From: Promethearchaeota archaeon
GTDB taxonomy: Archaea; Asgardarchaeota; Lokiarchaeia; Sigyniarchaeales; SOKP01
Length of the DNA stretch: 64,000 bases
Assembly: GCA_048939015.1 (NCBI GenBank)
Contig: JBHLPW010000006.1
Location: forward strand, 1 to 64,000
Reading direction: 5' to 3'
How positions within the stretch are numbered: the first letter of the stretch is position 1; each line of letters opens with the position of its first letter. The position numbers and the translations under genes were made by a program. The notes below the pieces were generated by a model. That model worked only from the letters and a program-made list of their open reading frames with translations. It was not told where the DNA came from and ran no database searches. Below, piece by piece: positions 40,169 through 50,091 of the stretch.

Positions 40169-40317
40169 AATATTAAACTTAATAAGTATTCTATTTAGAA
40201 AATTATCTCTCTTGTAAAAAGAGATTAAATCTCATATTACCAGTAAAAAGAATTATCTTCTATAAAAAAGGAGAATCAAGTTCTTATACAATAAGAACGA
40301 ATAAAATCCCTTAATTT

Positions 40318-40567
40318 TTATTCTGGTATAATAATCGAGTGATCTTCTTTAATGCGATCTAAAACAATCTCAGTTTTAACTTCCTCAACTCCAGGAAGGT
40401 TGCGAAGTGTTTCTATAAGACCCATGGAGTCTGAATGATCTAGACATTTTGCCATAATGAACAAGGGATATTCTCCAGTGACCACATAAGCATATTTGAT
40501 TTTTTCCATCTTTTCAATCTCGTTTTTAACATCCTCTAAGGGATTTGTTGCATTTACTCTCAGTGAT
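40318..40567 (-). pseudogene. Orphan 3' half of the lrp gene (direct repeat of 43416..43665)
   Basis: 250 bp encoding the same peptide as the lrp C-terminus; 14 differences by hand alignment, all at third codon positions; no HTH half. Confidence 0.93.
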
Positions 40568-40655
40568 CCTATTACTTTTATAAATATCTACCACAAATTT
40601 ATACTATATTGATAATTCTTAAATCCAAAAAAAAGAATAAGATTTAAATTAGAAT

Positions 40656-43130
40656 TTATTCTGGAGTTCCTCGTTTTTTCATAAAGATATAGATACCAGC
40701 GATTACTGCGACTCCTCCGACTATAGACATAACGACTATAACTATAATAATGGTTGGATCTATTCCACCAGCAGGGATACTTTTAGTAATTGTTACTTCT
40801 TCAAACGTGAGATTTCCTAACGTATCATTCGCATAAAACGTAATGGTTATTGAACCTTCAGATAAAGCAGCCCATGCTGCTTGATCAATAGTACTATTCG
40901 TAGTAATATCAAATGTTGTTAAACCTCCATCAAGAGAATACCATATTGAGTCCAAGTGGTCATCTGTAACTGTAATTACGAAATCGGGGGCAGTAGTACC
41001 AAATTCGCTTCCAGCAGAAGGTGAATTGATTGTAATAGTTGGAGCTTGAGTGTCTTTTTCTATGCTTAACTCAGCAGATCCAATATTTCCTATTAGATCT
41101 GAAGCATAAACTGTGAAAGTAATACTACCGTCAGATATAGCATCCCACACAGATTGATCAATAGTTCCAGTAAATTCGGTAAATATGTAGTTATGTAATC
41201 CTCCATCTAGAGAATACCACGTTTCAACCAAATATACATCAGTTATTATAACATCGTAGCTTGGCGCATTGCTTTCAAATAAATCATCATCATTTGGCGA
41301 ATTAATCGTTATCTGGGGGGCACCGTCTTCTGCTATGGGTAAATAATCTATACTTCCAGCAGAACCACCGATATAGATATAGGGATCATCGACAATTCCA
41401 TCTTGTGGGGGATCATCTGGACTAGTCCAATTATCCCAGTAATTACCAATTGACGTGCTATTCCAAGTGTTATCAGTTCCATCATCAATCGCATGTATTC
41501 CATTTTCCAGAAAGAAATTTTTATAAATTGAGTTGTTATCACACCCTGAAGCAATGTGTATTCCCTGAGTATTATTATAGAAGATATTATCAATGATGTC
41601 ACTGTAATCGCAATTATTTTCTAGATAAATCCCGTCTTCTTCATTGTAATTTGCGGTGTTTCCCGTGATGTTAGTGTATTGGGATTGATGTAAATATATC
41701 CCATACCAAGTATTATAGTTAGCGGTGTTATCCGAGATCGTGTTATCATCGCAATTAGAAGCTAAATGTATTCCTCTTAAATTTTTATTTACGGTGTTTC
41801 CCGAGAGGGTGTTATTATCGCAATCAAGATATAATGCTATCCCATAATAATTGGTATTTTCACTTGCGGTGTTTTCCGAGAGGATGTTATTATCGCAATT
41901 ATTTTCTAGATATATCCCGTCTTCTTCATTGTAATTTGCGGTGTTTCCCGTGATGTTAGTGTAATGGGATTGATGTAAATATATCCCGAACTGAGTATTA
42001 TTGTTTGCGGTATTTCCTGAGATCGTGTTATCATCGCAATAATCTGAATGTATTCCTCTTAAATTTTTGTTTACGGTGTTTCCCGAGAGGGTGTTATTAT
42101 CGCAATCATGATATAATTCTATCCCATAATAATTAGTATTTTCACTTGCGGTGTTTCCCGAGATGGTGTTATCATCGCAGTTGGTTTCTAAACGGATTCC
42201 GTCATCTTCATTGTAGTTTGCAGTGTTATCCGAGATCGTGTTATTATTGCAATTAGTAGATAACCATATCCCATGATCGTCATTGTAGTTTGCGATGTTT
42301 CCCATGATGTTAGTGTAATTGGAGTGACTTAAATATATCCCGAAATGAGTATTATCGTTTGCGGTGTTTCCCGAGATCGTGTTATCATCGCAATAATTTA
42401 AAGTTATCCCATACCCAGTATTATCGTTTGCGGTGTTTCCCGAGAGGGTGTTTCTAGAGCAATAAGAATCTAAAGTTATTCCATAATTGTTGAGGCTTGC
42501 GTTATTTTCCGAGATGGTGTTATCATCGCAGTTGGTATCTAAATATATACCTGTATCATCATTATTATTTGCGGTGTTTCCCGAGAGGGTGTTATTACTG
42601 CAATCAGTAGATAACCATATCCCAATATTGTTGAGGCTTGCGTTGTTTCCCGCGATTATATTATCTTGACCACCGTTCAAATATATTCCAAAATAATTGT
42701 TATATATTTGATTATCTATTATTTGTCCATTAGTCACATTATCTAATCTAAGCCCTCCGAAGCCACCTAGCAGCATATCTTTTAATGTACAATTCCTGAC
42801 GGCAAAATATTTTCTTGAATTGGATATCATCAGGCAATCACCTAGCCCTGGTGAGAGAAAAGTTGAATCTTTTATCACATAGGGGTATTCCTTTGTACCG
42901 TCCCCTTCAGTGCACCAAGGTTGAGTTCTTGCCCATGCCCAATTGCCAAAGTTTGATCCATTAAACGGAAGGGTATCATCAATCCATATCCCAATATAAG
43001 TACCTGAAGTCTTTGGATTCTCAATGATAGGTTGATAATTACTACTTAAATTAAAGTTAAAATTAATAATTAAAGGAAAAACAAGCCCAATTATTAATAA
43101 AATCACTAACTTTTTTATATTGGATTTCAA
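40656..43130 (-). CDS. Membrane-anchored NosD/CASH beta-helix surface protein with recent internal repeats
   Basis: WCTEGDGTKEYPY cap, highly regular repeats, two WYSLDGG domains, GGIDPT-TM-KKRGTPE. Confidence 0.9.
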   Translation of the reverse strand: MKSNIKKLVILLIIGLVFPLIINFNFNLSSNYQPIIENPKTSGTYIGIWIDDTLPFNGSNFGNWAWARTQPWCTEGDGTKEYPYVIKDSTFLSPGLGDCLMISNSRKYFAVRNCTLKDMLLGGFGGLRLDNVTNGQIIDNQIYNNYFGIYLNGGQDNIIAGNNASLNNIGIWLSTDCSNNTLSGNTANNNDDTGIYLDTNCDDNTISENNASLNNYGITLDSYCSRNTLSGNTANDNTGYGITLNYCDDNTISGNTANDNTHFGIYLSHSNYTNIMGNIANYNDDHGIWLSTNCNNNTISDNTANYNEDDGIRLETNCDDNTISGNTASENTNYYGIELYHDCDNNTLSGNTVNKNLRGIHSDYCDDNTISGNTANNNTQFGIYLHQSHYTNITGNTANYNEEDGIYLENNCDNNILSENTASENTNYYGIALYLDCDNNTLSGNTVNKNLRGIHLASNCDDNTISDNTANYNTWYGIYLHQSQYTNITGNTANYNEEDGIYLENNCDYSDIIDNIFYNNTQGIHIASGCDNNSIYKNFFLENGIHAIDDGTDNTWNSTSIGNYWDNWTSPDDPPQDGIVDDPYIYIGGSAGSIDYLPIAEDGAPQITINSPNDDDLFESNAPSYDVIITDVYLVETWYSLDGGLHNYIFTEFTGTIDQSVWDAISDGSITFTVYASDLIGNIGSAELSIEKDTQAPTITINSPSAGSEFGTTAPDFVITVTDDHLDSIWYSLDGGLTTFDITTNSTIDQAAWAALSEGSITITFYANDTLGNLTFEEVTITKSIPAGGIDPTIIIVIVVMSIVGGVAVIAGIYIFMKKRGTPE
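41608..42650 (-). repeat. Intragenic tandem repeats (higher-order period about 282-285 bp, subunits about 69-75 bp)
   Basis: ctagata.atcccgtcttcttcattg at 41621 and 41906, related copy at 42188; recurring gcggtgtttcccgag. Confidence 0.85.
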
Positions 43131-43415
43131 ATTGTTGTACCTAAATTTTGTTTAGATATGTATTGTTAATGTAAACCAATATATAACGATATATGTTTTC
43201 TTTTTATCAATACTCTTTGTGGATAAAAAAAATATAATATGATTCAATCATTTTGCAACATTTTTTTAAGATTTTCTTTTCGAAATCCACTAAAAAGTGT
43301 AAAAAAAAAGTAAAAAGAAAGAAATTTTGACACTAATGTTCGAATTTGATCGTTGACATCTTTAATTTATTTGTGTTTAATTTTAAAAATCAAAAACACT
43401 TTTAGATTTGATTAA

Positions 43416-43883
43416 CTACTCAGGAATAATAATCGAGTGATCTTCTTTTATTCGGTCTAAGACAATCTCTGTCTTGACTTCCTCAACTCCAGGAAGGTTG
43501 CGAAGTGTTTCTATAAGACCCATGGAGTCTGAATGATCTAGACATTTAGCCATTATGAACAAGGGATATTCTCCAGTGACCACATAAGCATACTTGATTT
43601 TTTCCATCTTTTCAATCTCGTTTTTAACATCCTCTAAGGGATTTGTTGCATTTACTCTCAGTGATGCCATTACCATTTCACGATATCCCAATTGGCGACA
43701 ATCAATCAACGCAACATACTTTTTAATCAATTCTTTCTCAAGTCGTTGAATACGTGCTCTTATCGCAGTAGCACTCTTATTAGTTTGGTGAGCAATTTCT
43801 CGGATAGTTATTTTTGCATCTTCCTGCAACAATTCGAGAATTTGTCTGTCTATATCATCTATAGTTCCATTTGTTATAACCAT
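43416..43883 (-). CDS. Lrp/AsnC family transcriptional regulator
   Basis: IDDIDRQILELLQEDAK..REIA HTH, RIQRLE, VTGEY RAM domain; divergent from the tus/hdr operon. Confidence 0.93.
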   Translation of the reverse strand: MVITNGTIDDIDRQILELLQEDAKITIREIAHQTNKSATAIRARIQRLEKELIKKYVALIDCRQLGYREMVMASLRVNATNPLEDVKNEIEKMEKIKYAYVVTGEYPLFIMAKCLDHSDSMGLIETLRNLPGVEEVKTEIVLDRIKEDHSIIIPE

Positions 43884-44025
43884 TAGAATAAACCTTTTTT
43901 TCCATATAGTAGCAATTTATAATTTATTAGTTTTTTATTAGTTTCTAACTCTCAAATAAAAAAGATTTTTCTTTACTTTTCTATAAGAATTACAAGCTTA
44001 TAATTTTTTTCACTACAATTTTATA

Positions 44026-44090
44026 TTTCTATAGTTTTGTTTGTTTAATAAATCATATGTTTATAGAAAAAAAAACTATAGTTTATATAT
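44026..44090. promoter_or_regulatory. Candidate operator palindromes next to a TATA box in the lrp/tusA divergent region
   Basis: Perfect palindrome AAACTATAGTTT (44073-44084) overlapping TTTATATA (44082-44089); related CTATAGTTTT at 44029-44038. Confidence 0.4.
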
Positions 44091-44178
44091 CACTTTGTAT
44101 TTTTTATCTATAACTGATATTGTTCATAATTAAATGAAATATCAAGTGAAAAAAAAATAAATAAAAAAACTAAAAAAA

Positions 44179-44412
44179 GTGAAAAAAATGGCTGTTAAAA
44201 CACTTGATTATACTGGATTGAAATGTCCGATGCCAGTGTTGAAAACTAAAAAGGAATTAAGAAGTTTGGTTTCTGGAGATGTAATAGAAGTTATCGCTGA
44301 TGATGTCGGCGCCAAAAAAGATATTCCAGCTCTTCTTAACAAGATTGGTGACGAATTAGTAGAGCTTCGAGAAGATAATGGAAATTTAACTTTTGTCATT
44401 AAAAAAGCGTAA
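44179..44412 (+). CDS. tusA: TusA-family sulfurtransferase
   Basis: LDYTGLKCPMP, ADD.GA..DI; likely start at 44188. Confidence 0.93.
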   Translation: MKKMAVKTLDYTGLKCPMPVLKTKKELRSLVSGDVIEVIADDVGAKKDIPALLNKIGDELVELREDNGNLTFVIKKA

Positions 44413-44429
44413 AATACGTTATACGGAGT

Positions 44430-44810
44430 ATGGATATTAATATGTCTAAATATGTTTTCTTTATTAGCACAGAGCCTTATAAATATCAAGCAGTAGATTC
44501 TCTGATAGAAATAGGTAAAGCTGCAATAAAAAAGGGGCATGAAATTACGGGTATATTTTTCTTTGGAACTGGTGTCTATAATCTTAAAAAGGATATTAGT
44601 TGCGGAAGTACTCTAAGAAACATTCCTGAAAAAATTGAGAAATTTTCTAAAGAGAATAATATTCGCGTTGCTGGATGTAGTACATGGGTAAGTATAACAG
44701 GGCTGAAAGAACCAGAATTCATTGAAGGAGCATCTGAAGAAGGTTTAGGGGACTTTTCAAATTGGGCGATTGGGGCTGATAAACTAATAGTATTTGGAGC
44801 AGGAGGTTAG
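44430..44810 (+). CDS. DsrE/TusD-like sulfur relay protein
   Basis: TEPY, GHEI..IFFF..GVYN, Cys in GCSTW, GLGDF. Confidence 0.85.
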   Translation: MDINMSKYVFFISTEPYKYQAVDSLIEIGKAAIKKGHEITGIFFFGTGVYNLKKDISCGSTLRNIPEKIEKFSKENNIRVAGCSTWVSITGLKEPEFIEGASEEGLGDFSNWAIGADKLIVFGAGG

Positions 44811-44815
44811 GTATT

Positions 44816-45184
44816 ATGGTAGAATCTGTGGTAATAATAAGTGATCAATCTCCTATTGGACGAAATTCTGCTGTTGAAGTTATTAGAATTGGTTCAGGAT
44901 TCACTGCACTTGGAGAATTCATTGATTGTAAAATTGTATTTATGGGGGATGCTGTGTATCTATTCAATAAAAATTGCGATCCTGAGGTGGTAGGAATGGA
45001 TTCTTTAGCAGAAGTATTAGAAATGGCTGATTTATCAGATTTAGAAGTAAATATTATTGAATCTGCTTTACAAGATGCGGGATTAACAAAAGAAGATATG
45101 ATTGACTATGAAAATTTGAAATTCATTGGATACGATGAACTAACAGATTTGATTGCTAATGCAGATGTGTCTTTTAGATATTAG
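44816..45184 (+). CDS. DsrF/TusC-like sulfur relay protein
   Basis: SP.G....E, FMGDAVY, C-terminal IANADVSFRY; position between DsrE and DsrH homologs. Confidence 0.8.
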   Translation: MVESVVIISDQSPIGRNSAVEVIRIGSGFTALGEFIDCKIVFMGDAVYLFNKNCDPEVVGMDSLAEVLEMADLSDLEVNIIESALQDAGLTKEDMIDYENLKFIGYDELTDLIANADVSFRY

Positions 45185-45200
45185 AGGAGGTTAGAAAAAG

Positions 45201-45542
45201 ATGTCAGAAAATCTTGATATGATATATTTGTTTGGATATAGCGGATTAACAGGAAGTCAATTAGAGAGATTATTACCTATTTTAAAAAGTCAAATTAAAA
45301 AGAACACAAAACTTGGATTAGTTTTAATTCATGATGGCGTTATCGGGATTACAACAAAGGGAAAGATGCCAAAAGAACTGGAAGAAATTCTCAGTTTAGA
45401 TGTTGAATTATTTGCTATGAAATCAGATATGAAAGCACGTGGTATTGCTCCTGAATATGTACATGACAAAATTAAAGCAATAGATTATGATGACCTTATA
45501 GATGTCATTGATACTACACCAAAAGTGATATCTTGGATGTAG
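45201..45542 (+). CDS. DsrH/TusB-like sulfur relay protein
   Basis: LIHDGV, DMKARG, IDYDDLID...VISW. Confidence 0.88.
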   Translation: MSENLDMIYLFGYSGLTGSQLERLLPILKSQIKKNTKLGLVLIHDGVIGITTKGKMPKELEEILSLDVELFAMKSDMKARGIAPEYVHDKIKAIDYDDLIDVIDTTPKVISWM

Positions 45543-45653
45543 GAGGACAAGAAAACAAAATTCAAAAAATTTTTTTGAAAAATCCTGGGTTAAACCAGAA
45601 AAATTAAACTATATATAACAAAAAAAAGGAAATTTCCAAAAAAAAACAAAAAA

Positions 45654-46088
45654 GTGGTAAATATGGCTGAAGATGCTGAAACAATAAACTTTATTGTAAA
45701 GGATAAGTCATTTGAGAAGTTTGCGATGATGGCTATCCTTGGTTCAACTGGTGACGCAATGGATATGAAAATGAATTTTTTCTTTACCTTTTGGGGTTTG
45801 AACTTATTAACCAAAAAGTTTAAACCTAAAGTTGCTGGAATGCCTACTCCTATGAAAGGTATGGGAGCAAAAATTTTCACAAAAAGGATGAAAAAGTTTG
45901 GAATTGAAGATCCATGGGCTTTAATTAAAGATGGTGTTGAAAACGGTAATTTAAAATTATATCCATGTCAAATGACAATGGATTTAATGGGTATTAAAGC
46001 TGAAGATATAATTGATTTCGCAGAACCACCGGTTGGAGCAGCTTCATTCTTAGAAATGAGCAATGGAGGCAGAATAGTCTCATTATAA
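45654..46088 (+). CDS. DsrE2 (DrsE_2)-family sulfurtransferase
   Basis: FFTFWGL, YPCQMTMDLMG, VGAASFL. Confidence 0.9.
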   Translation: MVNMAEDAETINFIVKDKSFEKFAMMAILGSTGDAMDMKMNFFFTFWGLNLLTKKFKPKVAGMPTPMKGMGAKIFTKRMKKFGIEDPWALIKDGVENGNLKLYPCQMTMDLMGIKAEDIIDFAEPPVGAASFLEMSNGGRIVSL

Positions 46089-46131
46089 ATTAAATTTTAA
46101 TAAATTTTTTTTTTATTTTTTAACAAAAAAA

Positions 46132-46698
46132 GTGATGATAATGTCTGATGTAAAAGAAGAACACCGTGAATTTAAAACGGATGATGATTTTGATCAAGAA
46201 TTTTTTAAAAGTATAGAGAGAAGATCAAATATCTGGCAGTGCATCCAATGTGGTACATGCACAGCGAGCTGTGAAAGTGGAAGATGGACTGCTTTAAAAA
46301 CTCGTTCAATTGTAAGAAAAGTGGTATTAGGAGACCTTTCAGTGCTAAGGGACCCTGATATTTGGTTATGTACAACATGTTATCAATGTTATGAGCGATG
46401 TCCACGTGATGTAAGACCTACTGATGTAATTATGGAGTTAAGAAATTACGCTACTAAATTAGGTAATATTTCTCCTAACCATAGAGCGGTTGTAGGTTAT
46501 TTAAAGAATTTTGGACATGCTGTACCAATTAATGATGAAGTAAGAAAAAGAAGAGTCGATTTAGGACTAGAAGAATTACCTCCTACTGCGTTTAAATTTA
46601 AGCAAGAGGGGGATGATAAAGATTTAAAGAATATTGAAGAATATATGTTTAATTTACCTCCAGTTAAGGAGGATAAAAAAGAAAAGGAGGAGGCATAA
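46132..46698 (+). CDS. hdrC: Heterodisulfide reductase subunit C
   Basis: CIQCGTCTASC, IWLCTTCYQCYERCPR, GHAVPIN, LGLEELPPT. Confidence 0.95.
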   Translation: MMIMSDVKEEHREFKTDDDFDQEFFKSIERRSNIWQCIQCGTCTASCESGRWTALKTRSIVRKVVLGDLSVLRDPDIWLCTTCYQCYERCPRDVRPTDVIMELRNYATKLGNISPNHRAVVGYLKNFGHAVPINDEVRKRRVDLGLEELPPTAFKFKQEGDDKDLKNIEEYMFNLPPVKEDKKEKEEA

Positions 46699-46700
46699 AA

Positions 46701-47618
46701 TTGGTTAAAGAAAACACATTTGCGTTCTTTTTAGGGTGTATAATGCCTAATCGATATCCTGCGATCGAGAAATCAACGAAATTTGTCATGGATAAATTAG
46801 GATATGAACTCTTAGATATGGAAAGAGCAACTTGTTGTCCTGCTCCAGGAGTTTTCCGTTCTTTCAATAAATTTGATTGGATGGTGGCAGCTGCAAGAAA
46901 TCTTTGTATTGCTGAAAAATTAGATGCTGATATTTTAACAGTTTGTAATGGCTGTTTTGGCACACTTCAAGAAGTAAATAAACACCTTAAAGAAAACGAA
47001 GAACATCGTGAAATGGTAAACGAAAAACTCAAATTACTGGGAGACTATGAATTTAAAGGAACGATTAATGTACGCCATGTAGCTGAAGTTTTGGGTTATG
47101 AAATTGGACCATGGGGAATTGAAGATCATATTGTTAGAAAATTAAATCTTAAAGCGGCGATTCATTATGGGTGTCATTTCTTAAAGCCTACCAGAATTAG
47201 GGAAATTGAAAGTTCTGAAGGTCCAACAATAATTGAAGATTTTATTGAAGTATTAGGAGTTGAATCGGTACGATTTAAAGAACAGCTTACATGCTGTGGT
47301 GCAGGTGGAGGGGTAAAAGCATATTCTGGTGATGCAAGTATGACAATTTTCGGTGAGAAAATGAAAAACATCGATGAAGTAAAACCAGATATAATCTTAG
47401 ATATCTGTCCATTTTGTCATTTACAATTTGAAACAGGCCAAGATTATTTAAATAAAAACAAAGGCTGTAATTATGATTATCCTGTAATTCATATCTCACA
47501 ACTCGTTGCCTATTGTATGGGAATGGATCAAGAATTTATTGGTCTTCAATATCAGTTAATGGGACAGGAGTTTATATTTGGAGGAGAAGAATTAAATAAA
47601 GAGGAGGAGGTTGCTTAA
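46701..47618 (+). CDS. hdrB: Heterodisulfide reductase subunit B
   Basis: FLGCIMPNRYP, TCCPAPG, CNGC, HYGCH, CCGAGGG, CPFCHLQ (two intact CCG domains). Confidence 0.96.
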   Translation: MVKENTFAFFLGCIMPNRYPAIEKSTKFVMDKLGYELLDMERATCCPAPGVFRSFNKFDWMVAAARNLCIAEKLDADILTVCNGCFGTLQEVNKHLKENEEHREMVNEKLKLLGDYEFKGTINVRHVAEVLGYEIGPWGIEDHIVRKLNLKAAIHYGCHFLKPTRIREIESSEGPTIIEDFIEVLGVESVRFKEQLTCCGAGGGVKAYSGDASMTIFGEKMKNIDEVKPDIILDICPFCHLQFETGQDYLNKNKGCNYDYPVIHISQLVAYCMGMDQEFIGLQYQLMGQEFIFGGEELNKEEEVA

Positions 47619-49646
47619 ATGACAGTAAAAGATGAAAAAGTAACCGATTCAAGTAATATTAGTGATAATGAAAAAGAAGAAGAACCTAAAATAGGCGTTT
47701 TTATATGTCATTGTGGTCATAATATCGCAGGGACAGTTGATGTGGCTAAAGTCGCAGATTATGCTAAAAATTTGCCTAATGTGGTTAAAGCGGAGCATTA
47801 TATGTTTATGTGTTCTAAACCAGGAGTTCAAATGCTCAAAGATTCTATTGAAGAATTAGGAGTTAATCGTAGTGTAGTAGCCAGTTGCTCGAAAAACCAA
47901 CATGGCAGAACTTTTGCTAAAGCAATTGAAGAGATGGGACTTAATAAGCACAGACATCAACAAGTAAATATTAGAGAATTTAATAGTTGGGTACATCAGA
48001 AAGAGAAAGATAAAGCAACCAATAAAGCAATGAAGTTAGTGGAAGCTGGAGTAAATAGGGCAAGGAAACTAGAGGATGTTGAAACTCGAAGAGTCCCAAC
48101 TACTAAAGCCGCGTTAGTTATTGGTGCTGGAATTGCTGGACTTCGTGCTTCTTATGATCTAGCCGAATTAGGGATACCAGTTTATTTAATTGAGAGACTT
48201 TCAACTATCGGAGGGCATATGACTCAATTAAATAAGACATTTCCAACACTTGAGTGTCCACAGTGTTCAATAAGTCCTTTGACTAATGGAGTTGCAAATC
48301 ACCCACTTGTTGAGCTTTATACAAACGCTCAGATAAAAAACGTACAAGGATCGATGGGTAATTTTGAAGTTGAGGTTGAAATAAAACCTCGATACGTTAA
48401 AGATAATTGTACATCTTGTGGTGAATGTGCTGCTCATTGTCCTGTGGAAGTCCCTAGTGAATGGGACAGTGGAATGTCAATGAGAAACGCAATTTATAAA
48501 GCTTATCCGCAAGCAATTCCCGCTACGTATGTGAGAGACAAGAAAAATTGTATTGAATGTAATACGTGTGTTAATGTTTGTCCCGTTCAGGCTGTAGATT
48601 TTTCAATGCAAGCAGAAACTAAAACTTTTAAAGTTGGTTCTATTGTTGTTGCTGCAGGTTATGATGAGTATGACCCATCAGAAATAGAACCATACCATTA
48701 TGGTCAAGAAGGATTTGAAGATGTTATAACTCAACTCAAATTAGAAAGGATGTTAGCTCCAGGTTCTCTTACTAACAGTCAAGTACTTCGTCCTTCTGAT
48801 GGTAAAATCCCCAAAAGTGTCGTAATGATACAATGTGTAGGAAGTAGAAATGATCAAGTAGGAAATCAATATTGTACAGGAGTTTGTTGTAAATTTGCAA
48901 TTAAGAATGCTCGAATTGTAAAAGAAATGTATCCAGATACAGATGTTACAATTTGCTATATTGATGTGAGAACTCCTGGTTTAAACTTTGAAGAATTATA
49001 TAAATCTGCACAAGAAGTGGGTGTAAGATTCATTAGAGGACGTCCATCAGAGATCCTAAGAGATCCTGTGTCTGGAGAATTAAAGGTAATTGTTGAAGAT
49101 ACATTAAGTCAAACTCCTTTAAAACTAAAAGCAGATATGGTAGTATTATCAGCAGCGATGGTACCTCCCGAAGGTATCGGTCCATTAGGATCAAAGTTAC
49201 AGGTTCTACGCTCAAAAGAAGGATTTTTAAAAGAATTCCATATTAAAATGAATCCGACTTTAAGCAGTAAAGGAGGAATATTTTTAGCGGGAGCAATTCA
49301 AGGTCCTAAAGATATTTCTGAAAGTGTTGCTCAAGCAGGTAATGCTGCAGCTATAGCTGCTGCTCCATTAGTTAAGGGCTATATTGAAAAGGAAATGTTA
49401 ATTCCTTCAGTAGATTTTGAATTATGCGTAAGATGTAGTTTATGTAAAACTGTATGTGCTCCAGCAGCGATAGAAATAAATGATGATGGAACGCCTATGA
49501 TTAATGAAGTTGCTTGTAAATCATGTGGTATGTGCATGCCTGTATGTCCTACGGGAGCAATTCAATTATTAAATTTTAGTGATGATCAATTGTTAGATGA
49601 AATAATCGCAATATCAGGAGGAGGTGCTGTATGCGAAAATGAGTGA
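47619..49646 (+). CDS. hdrA: Heterodisulfide reductase subunit A
   Basis: ICHCG.NI, GAGIAG, KTFPTLEC..C, inserted ferredoxin, LERM, QCVGSR, C..CC..AIK, GPKDI, C-terminal ferredoxin. Confidence 0.96.
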   Translation: MTVKDEKVTDSSNISDNEKEEEPKIGVFICHCGHNIAGTVDVAKVADYAKNLPNVVKAEHYMFMCSKPGVQMLKDSIEELGVNRSVVASCSKNQHGRTFAKAIEEMGLNKHRHQQVNIREFNSWVHQKEKDKATNKAMKLVEAGVNRARKLEDVETRRVPTTKAALVIGAGIAGLRASYDLAELGIPVYLIERLSTIGGHMTQLNKTFPTLECPQCSISPLTNGVANHPLVELYTNAQIKNVQGSMGNFEVEVEIKPRYVKDNCTSCGECAAHCPVEVPSEWDSGMSMRNAIYKAYPQAIPATYVRDKKNCIECNTCVNVCPVQAVDFSMQAETKTFKVGSIVVAAGYDEYDPSEIEPYHYGQEGFEDVITQLKLERMLAPGSLTNSQVLRPSDGKIPKSVVMIQCVGSRNDQVGNQYCTGVCCKFAIKNARIVKEMYPDTDVTICYIDVRTPGLNFEELYKSAQEVGVRFIRGRPSEILRDPVSGELKVIVEDTLSQTPLKLKADMVVLSAAMVPPEGIGPLGSKLQVLRSKEGFLKEFHIKMNPTLSSKGGIFLAGAIQGPKDISESVAQAGNAAAIAAAPLVKGYIEKEMLIPSVDFELCVRCSLCKTVCAPAAIEINDDGTPMINEVACKSCGMCMPVCPTGAIQLLNFSDDQLLDEIIAISGGGAVCENE

Positions 49647-50091
49647 ATGTGAATATATTGAACCAGAAGTACTTGAAAAGATGGAAAATATTGTAGTTTT
49701 TATGTGTAATGAATGTGGACAAGGTTCAGCAAACACAGCAGGAGTGGCTCGAATGGCATATAATCCAGCAATTCGAATAGTTCGAGTCCAATGTACAGGT
49801 CAAGTTGGTCCTATTCAGATTATGGATGCTTTAAGTAACGGAGCGGATTCTGTTGCGTGTGTTGGTTGTTGTTTAGGAGCTTGTCATTTCTTTAATGGCA
49901 ATATTTTATCCATGCATAGAATAAAATTAATGAAAAAGTTATTTAAGGAGTTAGGTTATAGTGATCAGTTTGTTAATCAATATACTTCGAGAGCTGCTGA
50001 AGGAGAAACGGCAGTCGGAGATTTTGAAGATATTGTGGAGCGATTAGCAACTGCAATTAGAGAGGAGGGGACTTTCAAAGATGGATGTTAG
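49624..50091 (+). CDS. mvhD: MvhD-family [2Fe-2S] protein
   Basis: CNEC, RIVRVQCTG, GAD, GC..G.CHF.NGN; likely start at 49639. Confidence 0.9.
   Translation: MLYAKMSECEYIEPEVLEKMENIVVFMCNECGQGSANTAGVARMAYNPAIRIVRVQCTGQVGPIQIMDALSNGADSVACVGCCLGACHFFNGNILSMHRIKLMKKLFKELGYSDQFVNQYTSRAAEGETAVGDFEDIVERLATAIREEGTFKDGC

Noticed and set aside
41608-42650. CRISPR array or DGR template/variable repeat
   Set aside because: Repeats are in-frame coding units without unique spacers; differences are not adenine-specific; no cas or reverse transcriptase gene
40318-43665. Provirus or IS element
   Set aside because: No integrase, transposase, terminal inverted repeats or viral genes between the direct repeats
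44179-45542. Simple tRNA 2-thiouridine (TusABCD) or Dsr sulfite-reductase pathway
   Set aside because: No tusE/dsrC, mnmA or dsrAB in the locus, and the genes lead directly into hdrCBA; not fully excluded
47619-50091. Selenocysteine recoding in HdrA/MvhD, known for some lokiarchaeal homologs
   Set aside because: Both ORFs are uninterrupted and have Cys at the relevant motifs (ECPQC, CNEC, GCCLGAC); there is no in-frame TGA
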